DNA from: Leptogorgia sarmentosa
Taxonomy: Eukaryota
Assembly (NCBI GenBank): GCA_964658305.1
Contig: OZ210884.1
Span: 6,944,001 to 7,008,000, forward strand
DNA length: 64,000 nt
Reading direction: 5' to 3'
How positions within the stretch are numbered: position 1 is the first letter of the stretch; each line of letters opens with the position of its first letter. The position numbers and the translations under genes are program-made. Under the pieces are notes generated by a model that was not told the DNA's origin, ran no database searches, and saw nothing but the letters and a program-made list of their open reading frames with translations. Shown here piece by piece: positions 12,809 to 25,859 of this stretch.

Positions 12809-14678
12809 ATACGACTAACTTTAATCTCAAGGCAGCCAACTGAACTCTGCACGGCGTGAAACTCTGCAGAAATTGTTCAAGTTTTTTTTTCCATTTTTGC
12901 CAGAGGATATACCTCATTTTATTATAAAAGGCGGTCCAATTTGACACTAAGCTCTTAAATCTGGATTAAGTTTGGTCTCTGAACCTTAGAAAACATTATC
13001 AAATTACATTATTACCACTTTGTCGATCGCGACGGCCGACAATAAAATCAGATCGCCAACGCCGGACTATACAGTGTAACGTGGTGCATTTCTTTGAATG
13101 GTCATGATCATATTTCTTCAAAGCAATGGATGTATAAAAACACAACCCTCAAGGGACAAAATAACACAAAGAAATACGTCCAAGGCAATTTAATTTTAAA
13201 CGTCGAACTTTTCATGTCATGTGCCGAATCTGATGTTAACGGGCTAACGTCAGTACATAATTTGATTCAGTGAAGTAAGCGTATACTGGACGTGCATAGA
13301 AATGAGGTTTCAATTATATAATCAGCTATAATCTACTTTGGAAGTTAAGGAGTCTGATATTTGATGCTCACTGGTTGTCATCACAGCGGTAAGTATTTTT
13401 GCTCTCTCGAATCTCGATCACAGTCTTATATAGCGCTGGATGAAGTGGCGTGATGCTTATAAGCACTGTACGTCGAGTGTTCACGGACCAATTCTTATAT
13501 GTTATCATCCGCAGATTAGATAATTGAAAATTATCTTGCTGAATGAAATAGAATTCATTCAGTGGCAGAGAGACAAATCTATTGAACAGTGACATGATAT
13601 GGATAAATTGGATTTTGATATATAGGTAAGCAAAGTATTTTCACTTGTTGTGTAAATGCATTCATGCATAAGGACATACATATGACTTTGTTATAATTGC
13701 GAATATTTTAGCTTATATTACCCGACTTCGCCGTTAATACACGACAATTTAACTACAGATTCATCGAAGAATACTGAAGAATGTAGTGTATACAATTGTA
13801 TAAATAAAAAGCACCTCCGAAAGCACGTGGCATCTTCATGTACTCATGTTCTGCGATTAATTTCTTTTGAAATCAATTGTTTTTATGGTATGTGAACAGG
13901 GACAAATGAATATGCCCCCAATAATTATATATCGTTCTGGCACGCCACTGGAATACGCACGCATATAATGTGTTTATGCATATGCATGTATAAGTGCTAT
14001 AATTATTATGTTTGCATGACAGAAGGTGATGTATTGTAGTATTGACACGCAATAACTACCGTGAATCTCAAAGCTTTCTAAAATCATCATACAGTAATCA
14101 GTATAGCTTCTAGTACTCATACACAAAGGATAAGATGTTTCGCCTAAATAACATGTGAATAACATAACGGTAAGTACAGCATGTTCTTGAAATAAAATGG
14201 TATCTACAAATGCGTGCTGATTACCGAACCGTAAAGTACGTACCCAATGCAATTGATTTATTTGAGTACAATTAGCAAAAGTTCTAGTGACAATTAACGA
14301 TACAATAAGATAATGTTTGATGTTACAAGCAACAAAGGTCGAATCGTCCTTAATATCGTTTAGGTAGTGCACGAGTAGAACCTGTAGAACTTTTGCTGCT
14401 TGTTGATGTAGTTTTAATCAACTGATATGGCTGACTAGCTTTGTATCTACGTCACTCATCGTCACGCCTCGATAATAGCTGATAGCTCGATCATCTAAGA
14501 ACACTTGCGATGAACTTCATCCGATGAAGATGTTTTACGAACTAAAAAGGCAGGGCGTTAGCTAGAACGTTCTACTATGTACTACTATGTACTATTACGT
14601 TCTACTATGTACTATTACGTTCTACTAAAAGCAACCAACCAAATTTGTAAAGCAAATTTAGCATAACTTGTTAACAAC

Positions 14679-15286
14679 GGCATTTAGTAAAAGACAGAGC
14701 ACGGAGCACGGAGCACGACAAAAATCAAAATGCACTATGAAAACAATAAAGAATCAAATTTTGCAAACCTTTTACGAATTTTATCGCTATTATTTACAAA
14801 TTTTTGCCTTTTGCGCCTCGGAAATAGATCGGTATTATCCTTATAAGAGAAACAGTATATTTCAAAAATTTCTACACCCTGATATTGACCTCTTAACGAG
14901 AGTTGACTGTATTGGGATGACAAAAATTACATATAGATGGACATATTAATGTATAATAACAAGTTTAAAACGTCGGGTTTAGTCTGGTACTGTGGTACAA
15001 AGTATGGACGCGGAACACCCTTTACTAAATATTGACACCAAATTTGGTGCGTACAACTTGTCGTAGGTCTTCAGTAATTTCCAAGTTGCATGTTATATTA
15101 TTGTTTCTAGCAAGTAAGGGATTGCGTTTGAGAATGCATTCGGGATCTAAATAGTAATTTGTAAATAATAGCGATAAAATTCGTAAAAGGTTTGCAAAAT
15201 TTGATTATTTATTGTTTTCATAGTGCATTTTGATTTTTGTCGTGCTCCGTGTTCCGTGCTCCGTGATCCGTCTTTTACTAAATGCC
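14679..15286. mobile_element. Mutator (MULE)-like non-autonomous element, unit 1 only
   Basis: ~120-bp TIRs (ggcatttagtaaaagac... / ...gtcttttactaaatgcc) with a 9-bp TSD GTTAACAAC at 14670-14678 and 15287-15295. Units 2-5 carry the empty site ttgttaacaactag. Confidence 0.85.
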
Positions 15287-15363
15287 GTTAACAACTAGTA
15301 ACAAGCTTGGTGGGAATGTCAGACATCTTAGAAACTAATGTTGTCCCAACAAGACTGATATGT

Positions 15364-15627
15364 TGTCGAGAATGTTGCCTCCAAACTGTAGTCCTCGACT
15401 AAGTCACTCACTTCGGTTTGAATTGTATTTATTATTTACTATAAAAACTCACTAGCGCACGGGCTATTATTTCACGTTCACACTCAAACGGTCGTTTAGA
15501 CACACAAAACTCACACTCACACTAGCCTACAATCGACTCTATATATAGTGAGCCAAATCGAGGCTCACACGTCACAGATGGTTACATAATAATCATAATA
15601 ATCCTAACTAGCCCCCAGTCTCCGACA
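15364..15627 (-). mobile_element. Solo LTR (4-bp TSD, Gypsy-like), unit 1 only
   Basis: TGTCG...CGACA termini with an ATGT duplication at 15360-15363 and 15628-15631. TATA-like (~15545) and AATAAA (~15430) signals lie on the minus strand. Absent from units 2-5. Confidence 0.7.
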
Positions 15628-16320
15628 ATGTACAGTGATGATAACTATAACAATATCCTGTACAGGCTTGTGTTGTGACAATCGTTTGGCCAACGGGACT
15701 GTATCACAGTTGTCAGGGAGCTTTTTGAAATGAGATGCGAGTATTCATGAAATGTCATGAAGCCATTGACATGTTGGGATGATATTTGAACAATATACAA
15801 TTATTGGACGAGGTTAAGCAATTACCTTACATTCAATAGACCTTTGAGGACGGATAAAGTGTTTACCACCTGGTATTCAACATTTGTGCTTGAAACAAAA
15901 AAGAAATGAATAAGTTGAAATGCCTAAATGCAATATGTATAAACTTTTTATCGACTTGCTTGTTCGGTTCCTGCAGAGAAATACCTCAGTTTTTGCATAA
16001 ACCTCGCCCTTATGGCTCTGTCTGTTCTTGTATTTTCAGTACATCTCGAACCATAGGCTGCATGAAGTGAAAAAGTGAACTGAAAAGCCTGAAACTCACG
16101 TCCAACCTATGCATCCACAATCAGACGCCACTGCTGACGTAAGGCTTCACTTTTTGGCTGCTGAATGACTGAATGCTGTCGTTTCAGATATCATAGCGTT
16201 CACTGGTTCAGAATGATCGATCTCAAACGTCACTTTTGCTTCATATTGGAATTTTAGGATTTCGCACGCACTTCAATTAAGATGAGAAGATTTTGAGCAT
16301 TTTTCCAAGAGCAAGACAAC

Positions 16321-19300
16321 ATGGGACCGAAAAAAACTCCACCTCGACACCCACAAGAAGAAGCGAATTTTGTGTCGAGGATAATGTTCTGGTGGATCAT
16401 TCCACTGCTGTGGAAAGGATGGCGACGCCCACTACAACAAGACGACCTGTACGAAGTGAGAGATAAAGATCAAAGCTGTAAACTCACCAAACGTTTAGAA
16501 GAGAAATGGGAACAGGAAGTGCAGTCTGCCAAGACAGGTATATAAGTTTAATTAAAATGGTTTTCGATGGTTTCTAGAATTATCTGATTCATGGTGAATG
16601 TTGTTCTGTTTGAAGTGGCAAAAGATGATTCATAAGTTATGTTTCATTTCAGTAAAAATTTGACGGTAATTTCATGATGACTTGCTGGAGATTGTGTCTG
16701 TGAGGCTGAGAAAATTGCGTGCAATGTTTGTTTCAGCGCTCTTTCTGAAAGAACGGCCATCACATGAAAAATATAAAAAATGTGGCCTTGTCAAATATTT
16801 GAGAATTTTTAATTAAAAATTAAACTAAAATATTAATTATTGATAGCATGATAGCTGGCAACTAGCTCACTGGACAATAAATGCATCTCGATCGAAATTT
16901 AAAGATCAATAAAATATTTCATCACTTTTTACAGGTAATCGAACTTCCAAGTTATGGAAAGCAATGCTACGTTATTTTAGTGTCCAAGACTATATGACCT
17001 ACGTCGTGACTACGTTGATTATCGTGTCAGGAATAAACATTTCTTCGTACTCACTTATTTCTCTGTTGCAATTGGTCAATGATTTCAATTTCGAAGAAGC
17101 GAAGAATAACAACCGATTTTATGAAGATGCCTCGATGTACGTTTATGGAGTTATGTTAGGATTATCGATGGAAGTAATTTCAATTTCTTTCTTCCTTCTT
17201 CATGGTGCAAGACTAGGGAACAAAGTCAAGTCAGGAGTATTGGGTTTGTTATATAAGAAGGTGAGTTCAATGATTGAAAAGTTTCAGAAATATGCCAAAA
17301 CTACATATAAGGTTTGGATCGCCGGCAGAGTCATGGCTTACCGGATTCCGTTGCGATTTTTGCGCATGTGGAAGTTGTAACTTTAATAAATCAGTTAACT
17401 TCATTTTATAATTATGTAGTTCTTTCGCTAGAGAACCAATGCCATAATAATTATGATGTAGGTACCGCCATTTCTCTCTCCCCATGTCAATGTTCCTTAT
17501 CTATTTTCGTCTGGAGAGGGATATGATTTAATCTACCATGTCCATTTTCTTTCTTTTCTGTGATTATGTTCTGATTTGATCACAATGATTATTGAATGTG
17601 TTATGTTCATCTTGGGGTGATTTGAAGTCACGACGTACTTTACTGGAGTTGTGATCTCAAATCTGTTTTTTTTTTCGCCACCTTACTAGAATGAGACGTT
17701 TCCCAATTTATCCCTTTTTCGCTCCATTTTTTCCCTTTGATATCGTATTTCTGGTCTTATATCTTATCTCGTACAGTATATCTTATTTAGGTACTGTGTC
17801 CCCGTAAAGTGTGCACTGAAAGTGGTCAAGTGATGGAATTGATATGCAATGATTCTCAAAGACTGCTCACCAGTGGTGAATGGTTCATTCCTGTTGCCAT
17901 TCGTCATTGCTTTTCCTCTGCAAGTGTCATAGCTTGGTTGTTTTACTTTATTGGCTGGCAAATCATCCCCGGAATCATCTTTTTATTATTACTTGTTGTA
18001 CTACGCATGCTTTTGAGTAGAGTTGACTACGATTTACGCAAGAGAGCTTCCGGTCTGTCCGATAAACGTCTTGGTTATATCAGGGAATCCTTGACTGTAT
18101 TACACTCTGTAAAAGTTAACTGTTGGGAGAAGATTTTTGAAGAAAAAATACAGAAAACACGATGGTGAATATACATAAATTCCTCATTATTACTCCAACA
18201 TGCATATGTGATTTTTTGTCGTTTTAATTTTGCCATTATTTTCCTCTAATGGTAAACGGGCCATCAATTAAGTTGTTGGAACCGGAATATTATTTATGGT
18301 TTTTTAATACTTTGATCTTGCTGTCCGTTCGAAATCTTGAATAAAATTTCTCAAATATTAATCTTGAATTTGTTTCAGGGAGGAGGTGAAAGCTAAAACC
18401 AAACGTTGGATGATTTCGCTGACATGTTACTCATTTGCGACTTGTGGTCAAAGTTTGGCTACCTTCATTACAGTGTGCATATTGATCCTCACAAATAGAG
18501 AAGACCTACGTTATTTAAATTTCTTTGCAATGATATACTTCTTTAGATTAATTAATTATTCTTTTATGTACATCATTCCAAGGGCCGTACATTTATTTAA
18601 TGACGTTCGTGGTTCCCTTCAACGTATTGAAATATTCCTAAAAGCAACTGAACTGTCACAAAAAGAATCTATACAAAACTGCGACAAAGAAGGTATCACT
18701 TTGTCCCCCAATTTGGAGGATTTGGCCAATAAAACAAAATATTTGCAAACTGAAACAACATCCCCATACGAGCTGTTGCCTTTTCTTACTTTACATGACG
18801 TAACATGTCAACTTCCTTCCAAAATATACCATTCATCCCATGGGTCCTCACGGCAAGACAGTCAACGATCGTCATTATTAAAAAATATTAATCTTGAAAT
18901 ATCTACTCCTGAGTTGGTTGTCGTATGCGGTGCTGTGGGCAGTGGAAAGTCTTCGCTTTTGGAAGCCATCCTAGGAGAGTTACTGGTAACTAATGGCTCG
19001 GTTAAATACTTTGGTAAATTGGCCTATGTTTCGGACACGCCTTGGGTTTTTCCTGGAACTATTCGTGAGAACATCGTGTTTGGTTTGCCTTACAACGAGA
19101 GTAAATACAACAAGATACTCGAGGCTTGTCAGCTGGTAAAAGATTTTGATAATTTTCCAGAACATGATCTAACACGTATTGGAGAAAATAGCGCGACTGT
19201 GAGTGGTGGTCAACGTACACGTATTGCTTTAGCACGCGCAGTTTATTCTGAAGCTGATATATATCTACTGGATGATCCTCTGAGCTCATTGGACATCAAT

Positions 19301-22300
19301 GTCGCTGAGAATGTCTTCAGGTTAGTTTAGTTATTTATCATACGTTGTGCATTAGAAGCTACTGCTGACCTACTGTCTTGACGAATTCATTTTGTCACAA
19401 AGAAGTCTATCAGGAGGAATAGGAGGAATTAGTTCAGCGCGCGCAGTGGCGGATCAAGAAGGAGGGGGGCAGTATGGGCGGTTTTGGGCCCCGCGCTTCA
19501 CAAAGCCAATTTTTTCTAATGAATCTACCTCACCATGATGGTTAGTAAAATCACAGGGGAACGCTCATTCTCGAAACTAAAACGCGTAAAGAGCGTTTTG
19601 CGTAGCACGATGGGACAGAGACGCTAAGTGCTCTCTCACTCATGAGTATGAAATAAGACATTTTACGTTCACTTGACTTGTCAAAGCCGGCAAATAGTTT
19701 TGCTTCTGCTAGTTCTGCAAAGGCTAAAAAGTTCCTTTTTTGCAAAACATTTTGATAGAAACGTTGTTTGTGAATGCCACTATTTCATAAAATCTCTCTG
19801 ATATTTTACAGTGAAAAGTCCTTTATTTTTCTGAGCGCGGGAGGGGACAGTAATCAGCCAAGGGCCCAACCACTGTTTGTGCCAGGGGGCCCGCGCGAGC
19901 TTGATCCGCCCCTGAGCGCGCAGACTATAGCTTTACTACATATGGAACTTTGAATTCTAGGGGACATTTGTTAATATTTATATCTATTGTATTAATGTGT
20001 AGAAAGTGTATCCAAGGATTATTATCCGATCGAATAGTACTCCTGACAACACATGCTACCAAGTATTATTCAGTGGCTGATCGCATTGTCCTGTTGGAGG
20101 GAGGAACGATTGCTACACAGGGAAATCTTGAAACTTTGAAAACCACGCTTCCACTTACGGAATCAGTTCATGACGAACCTGGCATAAAGGACAACGAGAT
20201 GGTTGGCAATGTCGAATTATGGGGTGATACTGGAAAATCCATTGAAGGAGTCAACCTTGAAGAAGAAGAGGAAGAAAGGAAACGTGGAATTGTTCCTTTG
20301 AAAGTTTATTTGGAATATTTTCTTTATGGGGCATCTCCATTTATTCTGCTCCTTGTGCCCGTGGTGTATTTCTCCGGTGGAGGTTAGTATTCGGTGTCAA
20401 TAAAGCCCCTTACAAACGAGCAAGTTTTCTATGACACGTTTTACTTTGCCCGTCCCATTTTGCCATTTTTTCTATGACAAGTGCACTTGTTGAAAAGCTA
20501 GCATGCTAGCTTTTGAACAAGTGGACTTGTCATAGAAATAATTGGCAAAGTAAAAAATTTGTCCGTCTGTACGGTCAACAAAGAAAACTTGTCAAAGAAA
20601 AATTAGTTGACTTGTACAGACGGGCAAGAAAAAATTGTCACATAAAAACTTGTCATAGAAAACTTGCTCGTCTGTAAGGGGCTTAAGATGATTGAAATAA
20701 TGTGAACAGAAGCAACTCCATTTTTTATCATTATTTTTTTTCAAACCCCTAATCTTGAATCCCGCTTGGAATTCCAATAATTATAAAGAGTGGTATAGTA
20801 TCCAGATGAAAGTATTTATATAATACCGTTCAGTAACGCATCTTTTGATATTTTTACTTCTCTGTCTCCGCCATCTTGAATTCAAGTCTAAGGAAAATCG
20901 AGGGAGAATGGATGTGTCATAAAATGTAAATGACAAGAGTTCTACTTACAAGTTTCCATGATTTCTCATCTTCCACAGGTATGAAAGTTCAGGTAGACAT
21001 CACTGTTTCACAGTTGCGAAAATTAGCGATAAATGGGAATGATGAGTTTGATGAAGGATTTCGTTTGTACGCCATTTACCTGGTTGTTTGTGTACTCCTT
21101 TTGATTATTGGCTCTCTGTGCATTTTTCTGCTTCTCATGAATGCAGCATATAAGGTGAGTGTGTAACCATTGATCTACAGTATTAAGGCATGCTTCCACT
21201 TGCAACTTTTGCTGCCATTTATAGTGCGATTTTCTCCTTTTGATAAAATTGCTAACGAGAGCACGAATGGTAATCATGTACTCAAAACATAATTCCGCTC
21301 TAATCCACTTCTTCATGCCAATCGAAGTGGACAAAATCGTACCAAAAATCCCACCAAAAATTGCAAGTGTAAAAGGGTTTGAAGAATTGCCTTTATCAAA
21401 AGGTGCGTACATACGTCCTTGCTATAATCGTGCGCAACTTCTGAAATCGTTCCCTCAGCAAATTCGTCAATTTAAGTAAAACTGATCAGTGATCATCTCT
21501 TTTGAATATTTAGGTTCATAACAAGATGATCACGTGCCTTATGAAAGCACCTTTATCATTTTACGCAAGAAATCCTGTCGGGCGAGTGATTAACCGTTTA
21601 TCTCAAGACATAAATGCCTTGGAGGAACTATTGCCTTACAGTACCTATGCAACATGTGTCCAAATTATACCAATCACTGCCACGGTATTGTTGGCTAGCA
21701 TCACAAATCCCTGGCTGATTCTTTCATTTTTATTTGCTGTGCTTTTATTTTATTTCGTTGCAAGTATTTACTTAACTTCGGGAAGCGATATAAAACGTTT
21801 GATGTTGACGGCAGCAAGTCCTGTCTATTCTCATTTCTCCAACACAATGGAAGGACTGAAAACTATTAGGATTCATTCCAGGCAGAACGAATATACAGAA
21901 CAAGTCTTCAGGTATGTTGGCGTGCGTGGTTAGGACGAAATGTATCCATCATGCTTGTTTTTTTCAAAGCCGGTGCGGTTTGTATGCCATGCTGGTTTGG
22001 AAATTATCACAATTTTTTATTAGCGACCGACTCCTGGATTTGATGTGGTCCTTATCAATTATATTATATCCGTTGCAAATTTATTATTGATGGTTTGCAA
22101 TTGGCCGCCATCTTGGTTGACATTTCAAAATACGTCCACAACAGAACAAGCATTTGACACAGACACTTTTATAAATGTCGAAAATTCGTCGGAATTATCG
22201 ACAAAGAATTTGATTTTAATATATTTTGCAGGCATATTGACAATCACAGTGCTGCAGTTCTGTCATTTTATACCTCACTCAGATGTTTTTCTACAATGTG

Positions 22301-23378
22301 CTACACAATGACCATCTTGATATCAGGAATTATAACAGTGGTTGTCATTTATTCGATAAATGATACCCATGGAGCAGGTATGTTTTGAAAGTTTTTACTC
22401 TGTTCTTAAAATGAGTTGATGTCGATCCCTATCTGCGTTGACAATATTCTACTATCCTTTCTTTCAGCGCTTGCTGCAATCACCATCCTCTACGCAGTAA
22501 GCATCAGTGAGTCTGTGGGCACATTGATTCGACATGGCGCGGATTTTAGTACTTATATGACGTCAGCAGAGCGTGCTATGGCTTACACCCAAATTCCACC
22601 TGAACGCGGGCAAAGTCTTCCCAAGTCTCCCCCTATGGAATGGCCTGACTCTGGTGCACTTGAGTTTCAAGGTGTGTCATTGTGGCATTACAAAGGTGGC
22701 CCTAAAGTCCTGAAGAATATTTCATTCAAAGTGAAACCAAAAGAAAAAATTGGAATTGCGGGTCGGACCGGAGCTGGCAAGTCATCATTGGTAGCTGCGT
22801 TGATGAGACTTGCCTTAACTGAGGGGGATGTATTTGTGGATGGTTTGAACATAAGAGAGATCAATGTGGTATCTTCACGTCAAGTAATTTCCGTTATTTC
22901 TCAGGCTCCGATCTTGATTAACGGTACTATCAGAGTTAATCTTGATCCCGTGGGAGAACACACCGACAGCGAAATATGGCAGGCTCTTGCTCAGACTAAA
23001 ATGACATCTGCTATTTCAAATCTGCCGAAAAAACTCGAGAATGAAATTGATTCAAATGGTTCAAATTTCAGTCTAGGGGAACGGCAATTATTGCATTTAA
23101 CACGAGTTCTGCTGAAGAAGAACAAGATTATAATTTTTGACGAAGCAACGGGCAAGGTGGATAGGACGACAGATGAAAACATACAAAGTATTGTCCGCGA
23201 AGTTTTCAAAGATTGCACGGTCATAACTATTGCACATCGTTTGAGCACAATCTTAGACAGTGACAGAATAATGATCTTGGATCAAGGAAAAATTGTTGAC
23301 TGTGGAACACCTCAATCACTGTTAAATAAGGAAGGTAGTTTACTGAAACAACTGCTGGAACTATCTTCAGAAAAGTAG
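16321..23378 (+). CDS. ABCC4: ABCC/MRP4-like ABC transporter, copy 1; 9 exons (16321-16537, 16935-17260, 17791-18164, 18379-19320, 20003-20382, 20979-21154, 21514-21911, 22232-22377, 22468-23378), ~1289 aa
   Basis: L0/lasso motif (P..EANFVSRIMFWWIIPLLWKG), no TMD0. NBD1 has GAVGSGKS, VSGGQ, IYLLDDPLS. NBD2 has GRTGAGKS, FSLGERQ, IIFDEAT, TIAHRL. All introns are GT-AG with consistent phase (3870 nt total). Family is secure; orthology to ABCC4 is not tested. Confidence 0.92.
19444..19914. mobile_element. hAT-like MITE in ABCC intron 4 (also 29132-29603, 38776-39247, 48395-48860; absent in copy 5)
   Basis: TIRs cagtggcggatcaag / cttgatccgcccctg with an 8-bp TSD agcgcgcg. Empty site at ~57983 in copy 5. 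Confidence 0.85.
20404..20683. mobile_element. PIF/Harbinger-like MITE in ABCC intron 5 (also 30093-30394, 39737-40038, 49350-49651, 58469-58802)
   Basis: TIRs agccccttaca(g/a)acgagcaagttttctatgaca / tgtcatagaaaacttgctcgtctgtaaggggct with a TAA duplication and an internal palindrome aaaagctagcatgctagctttt. Confidence 0.8.
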
Positions 23379-23412
23379 TTATTTTGATGTTTGTCATTCC
23401 TAGCACCATTCC

Positions 23413-25835
23413 AAGTGGCGCGATGCTTATAAGCACTGTACGTCGAGTGTTCACGGACCATTGACCAATGGTTATCAAAATGTAAAGTTACATAGAACAT
23501 TATAGTATGTTATCATCCGCAGATTAGATAATTGAAAATTATCTTGCGTGCTGAATGAAATATAATTCGTTCAGTGGCAGAGAGACAAATCTATTGAACA
23601 GTGATATGATATGGTAAGCAAGTATTTTCACTTATTGTGTAAATGCATTCATGCATAAGGACATACATATGTTACAATTGCGAATATTTTAGCTTATATT
23701 ACCCGACTTCGCCGTTAATACACCACAATTTAACTACAGATACACAATTGTATAAATAAAAAGCACCTCCGAAAGCACGTGGACTTTACTTTCAACTAAA
23801 TTAAATAATTAACATGTACTTAGAACATTTATTGAACCACACACCAACCTGATATTTCACAGTACAGACCTCACGCGCCTTTAATGTAAAAACATATTGT
23901 CATATAATAGCATGGACATGGGTTACACGGTAACCGACTACAGTCACAAACAAAACAAATGGCGTATATGTGGGTGAACTAACATGTTGTTATCAATTAA
24001 ATGCAATTATATTATTTATTCATATTTGCAGTATTTTTACTAATGTTTTTATGAATGTTATCACACAGGTAATCAGGAATGCTCCAGCTAGTGTTCTAAT
24101 ATAGCCTTTCTCTGAATCCGAGCACTTAGTAAATCGCATCCATTTGCCGTTCACATCCTTTAGGAGAGGAAAATCTTACAGCTATCGAAGTTGAGAAATG
24201 TATTGTATTTTTATTGAATTAGCAAACCAAATATCGCAGATTTGGTTGCCGATATATAGTTCTTTTGGTAGCCATTCAATATTTCAGGTAAACTTGAATA
24301 CGCCAAGAATGATAATTAATGGGGGGGGGGGGGGGAGGCATCTTCATGTACTCATGTTCTGCGATTATAAGTATTTCTTTTGAAATCAATTGTTGTTATG
24401 GTATGTGAACAAGGACAAATGAATATGGCCCCCAATTATAGTTCTGGCACTCTACTGGAATACCCACGCATATATAAGTGTTTATGAAGGTGATGAGGTA
24501 TGTATTGACACGCAATAACTACCGTGAACCTCAAAGCTTTCTAAAATCATCATACAGTAATCAGTATAGCTTCTAGTACTCATACACAAAGGATAAGATG
24601 TTTCGCCTAAATAACATGTGAATAACATAACGGTAAGTACAGCATGCTCTTGAAATAAAATGGTATCTACAAATGCTTGCTGATTACCGAACCGTAAAGT
24701 ACGTACCGAATGCAGTTGATTTATTTGAGTACAATTAACAATATTCTAGTGACAATTAACGATACAATAAGATAATGTTTGATGTTACAAGCAACATAGC
24801 TCGAATCTTCCTTAATATCGTTTAGGTAGTACATGAGTAGAACCTGTAGAACTTTTGCTGCTTATTGATGTAGTCATGGCTGACTAGCTTTGTATCTACG
24901 TCACAATTGTAGCATCGGCACGCCTCGATAATAGCTCGATCATCTAAGAACACTTGCGATGAAGATGTTTTACGAATTAAAAAGGCAGGGCGTAACTAGA
25001 ACGTTCTACTATGTAGTAGTATACAAATAATGAATGTTTATGAGTGCAATGGTAAGAATATTTTCATGAGGTGAAAGATGGAATGTTCTATTCAACGACG
25101 CGAAGCCGAGTTGAATGGAACATTCCATCTTTCACCGAATGAAAATATTCTTTCCATTGCACGAAATAAACATTCATTATTTGTTTTATATGACACCAAA
25201 ATAACGTTTTGGTATTTGAAATACCCGCCATTTTGTTTTGTTAGTTTACTAAACAAAATTTCATCGCTCACATGGTCCCGCCACGTTCATGGATTTGCCA
25301 TTAAATGTGTGCGATACTTTGCGATACTAACATTTTGAGTGATTGAAAATAATTAAAACCACCGTGCAATGGAAAGAAATATTTGCACGGTTCCATTGCA
25401 CGATCATGAAAATGGAGTTTCTATTTTATATCACGTGATCGTAAATAACCAATTAAATAGCGTTAATTTAACAAAGTGTTATATAATACGTTCTACTAAA
25501 AGCAACCAACCAAATTTGTAAAGCAAATTTAGCATACCTTGTTAACAACTAGTGAACAAGCTTGGTGGGAATGTCACCCAACAAGACTGATGTATAATGA
25601 TGATAACTATAACAATATCCTGTACAGGCTTGTGTTCTGACAATCGTTTGGGATGTTTCTGACATCTCTGCCACTGAACGAATTATATTTCATTCAGCAC
25701 GCAAGATAATTTTCAATTATCTAATCTGCGGATGATAACATACTATAATGTCCCATGTAACTTTACATTTTGATAACCATTGGTCAATGGTCCGTGAACA
25801 CTCGACGTACAGTGCTTATAAGCATCGCGCCACTT
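23413..25835. repeat. 171-bp inverted repeat (23413-23583 / 25665-25835), recurring in every spacer: 33060-33230/35315-35485, 42703-42873/44959-45129, 52317-52497/54484-54664
   Basis: Arms are reverse complements with only 1-2 mismatches. Confidence 0.92.
25022..25486. mobile_element. TA-inserted non-autonomous element with a ~170-bp terminal palindrome (also 34672-35136, 44316-44780)
   Basis: Hairpin tacaaataatgaatgtttat...gcgaagc...ataaacattcattatttgt with a TA duplication. Empty site tgtactagtacgtt at ~54309 before copy 5. Confidence 0.75.
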
Positions 25836-25850
25836 CATCTACATGTAGCG

Positions 25851-25859
25851 CTATATAAG
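25851..25859 (+). promoter_or_regulatory. Candidate TATA box (CTATATAAG) upstream of ABCC copies 2-5 (also 35501, 45145, 54680)
   Basis: Good TATA match ~205 bp upstream of the ATG. Not present at this position for copy 1. Confidence 0.4.

Noticed and set aside
19551..19745. 64-aa minus ORF identical in four units
   Set aside because: It lies inside the intron-4 hAT MITE. Identity reflects recent duplication, and there are no transposase motifs.
22045..22311. 88-aa ORF and its paralogues as an extra ABCC exon
   Set aside because: Mostly intron 7. The true exon 8 (22232-22377) uses another frame (RHIDNHSAAV...).
22991..23500. Antisense ORFs over the last ABCC exon in each copy
   Set aside because: Shadow ORFs, conserved only because the units are near-identical.
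25078..25338. 86-aa ORF repeated in three spacers
   Set aside because: It lies inside the palindromic non-autonomous element and has no recognisable domain.
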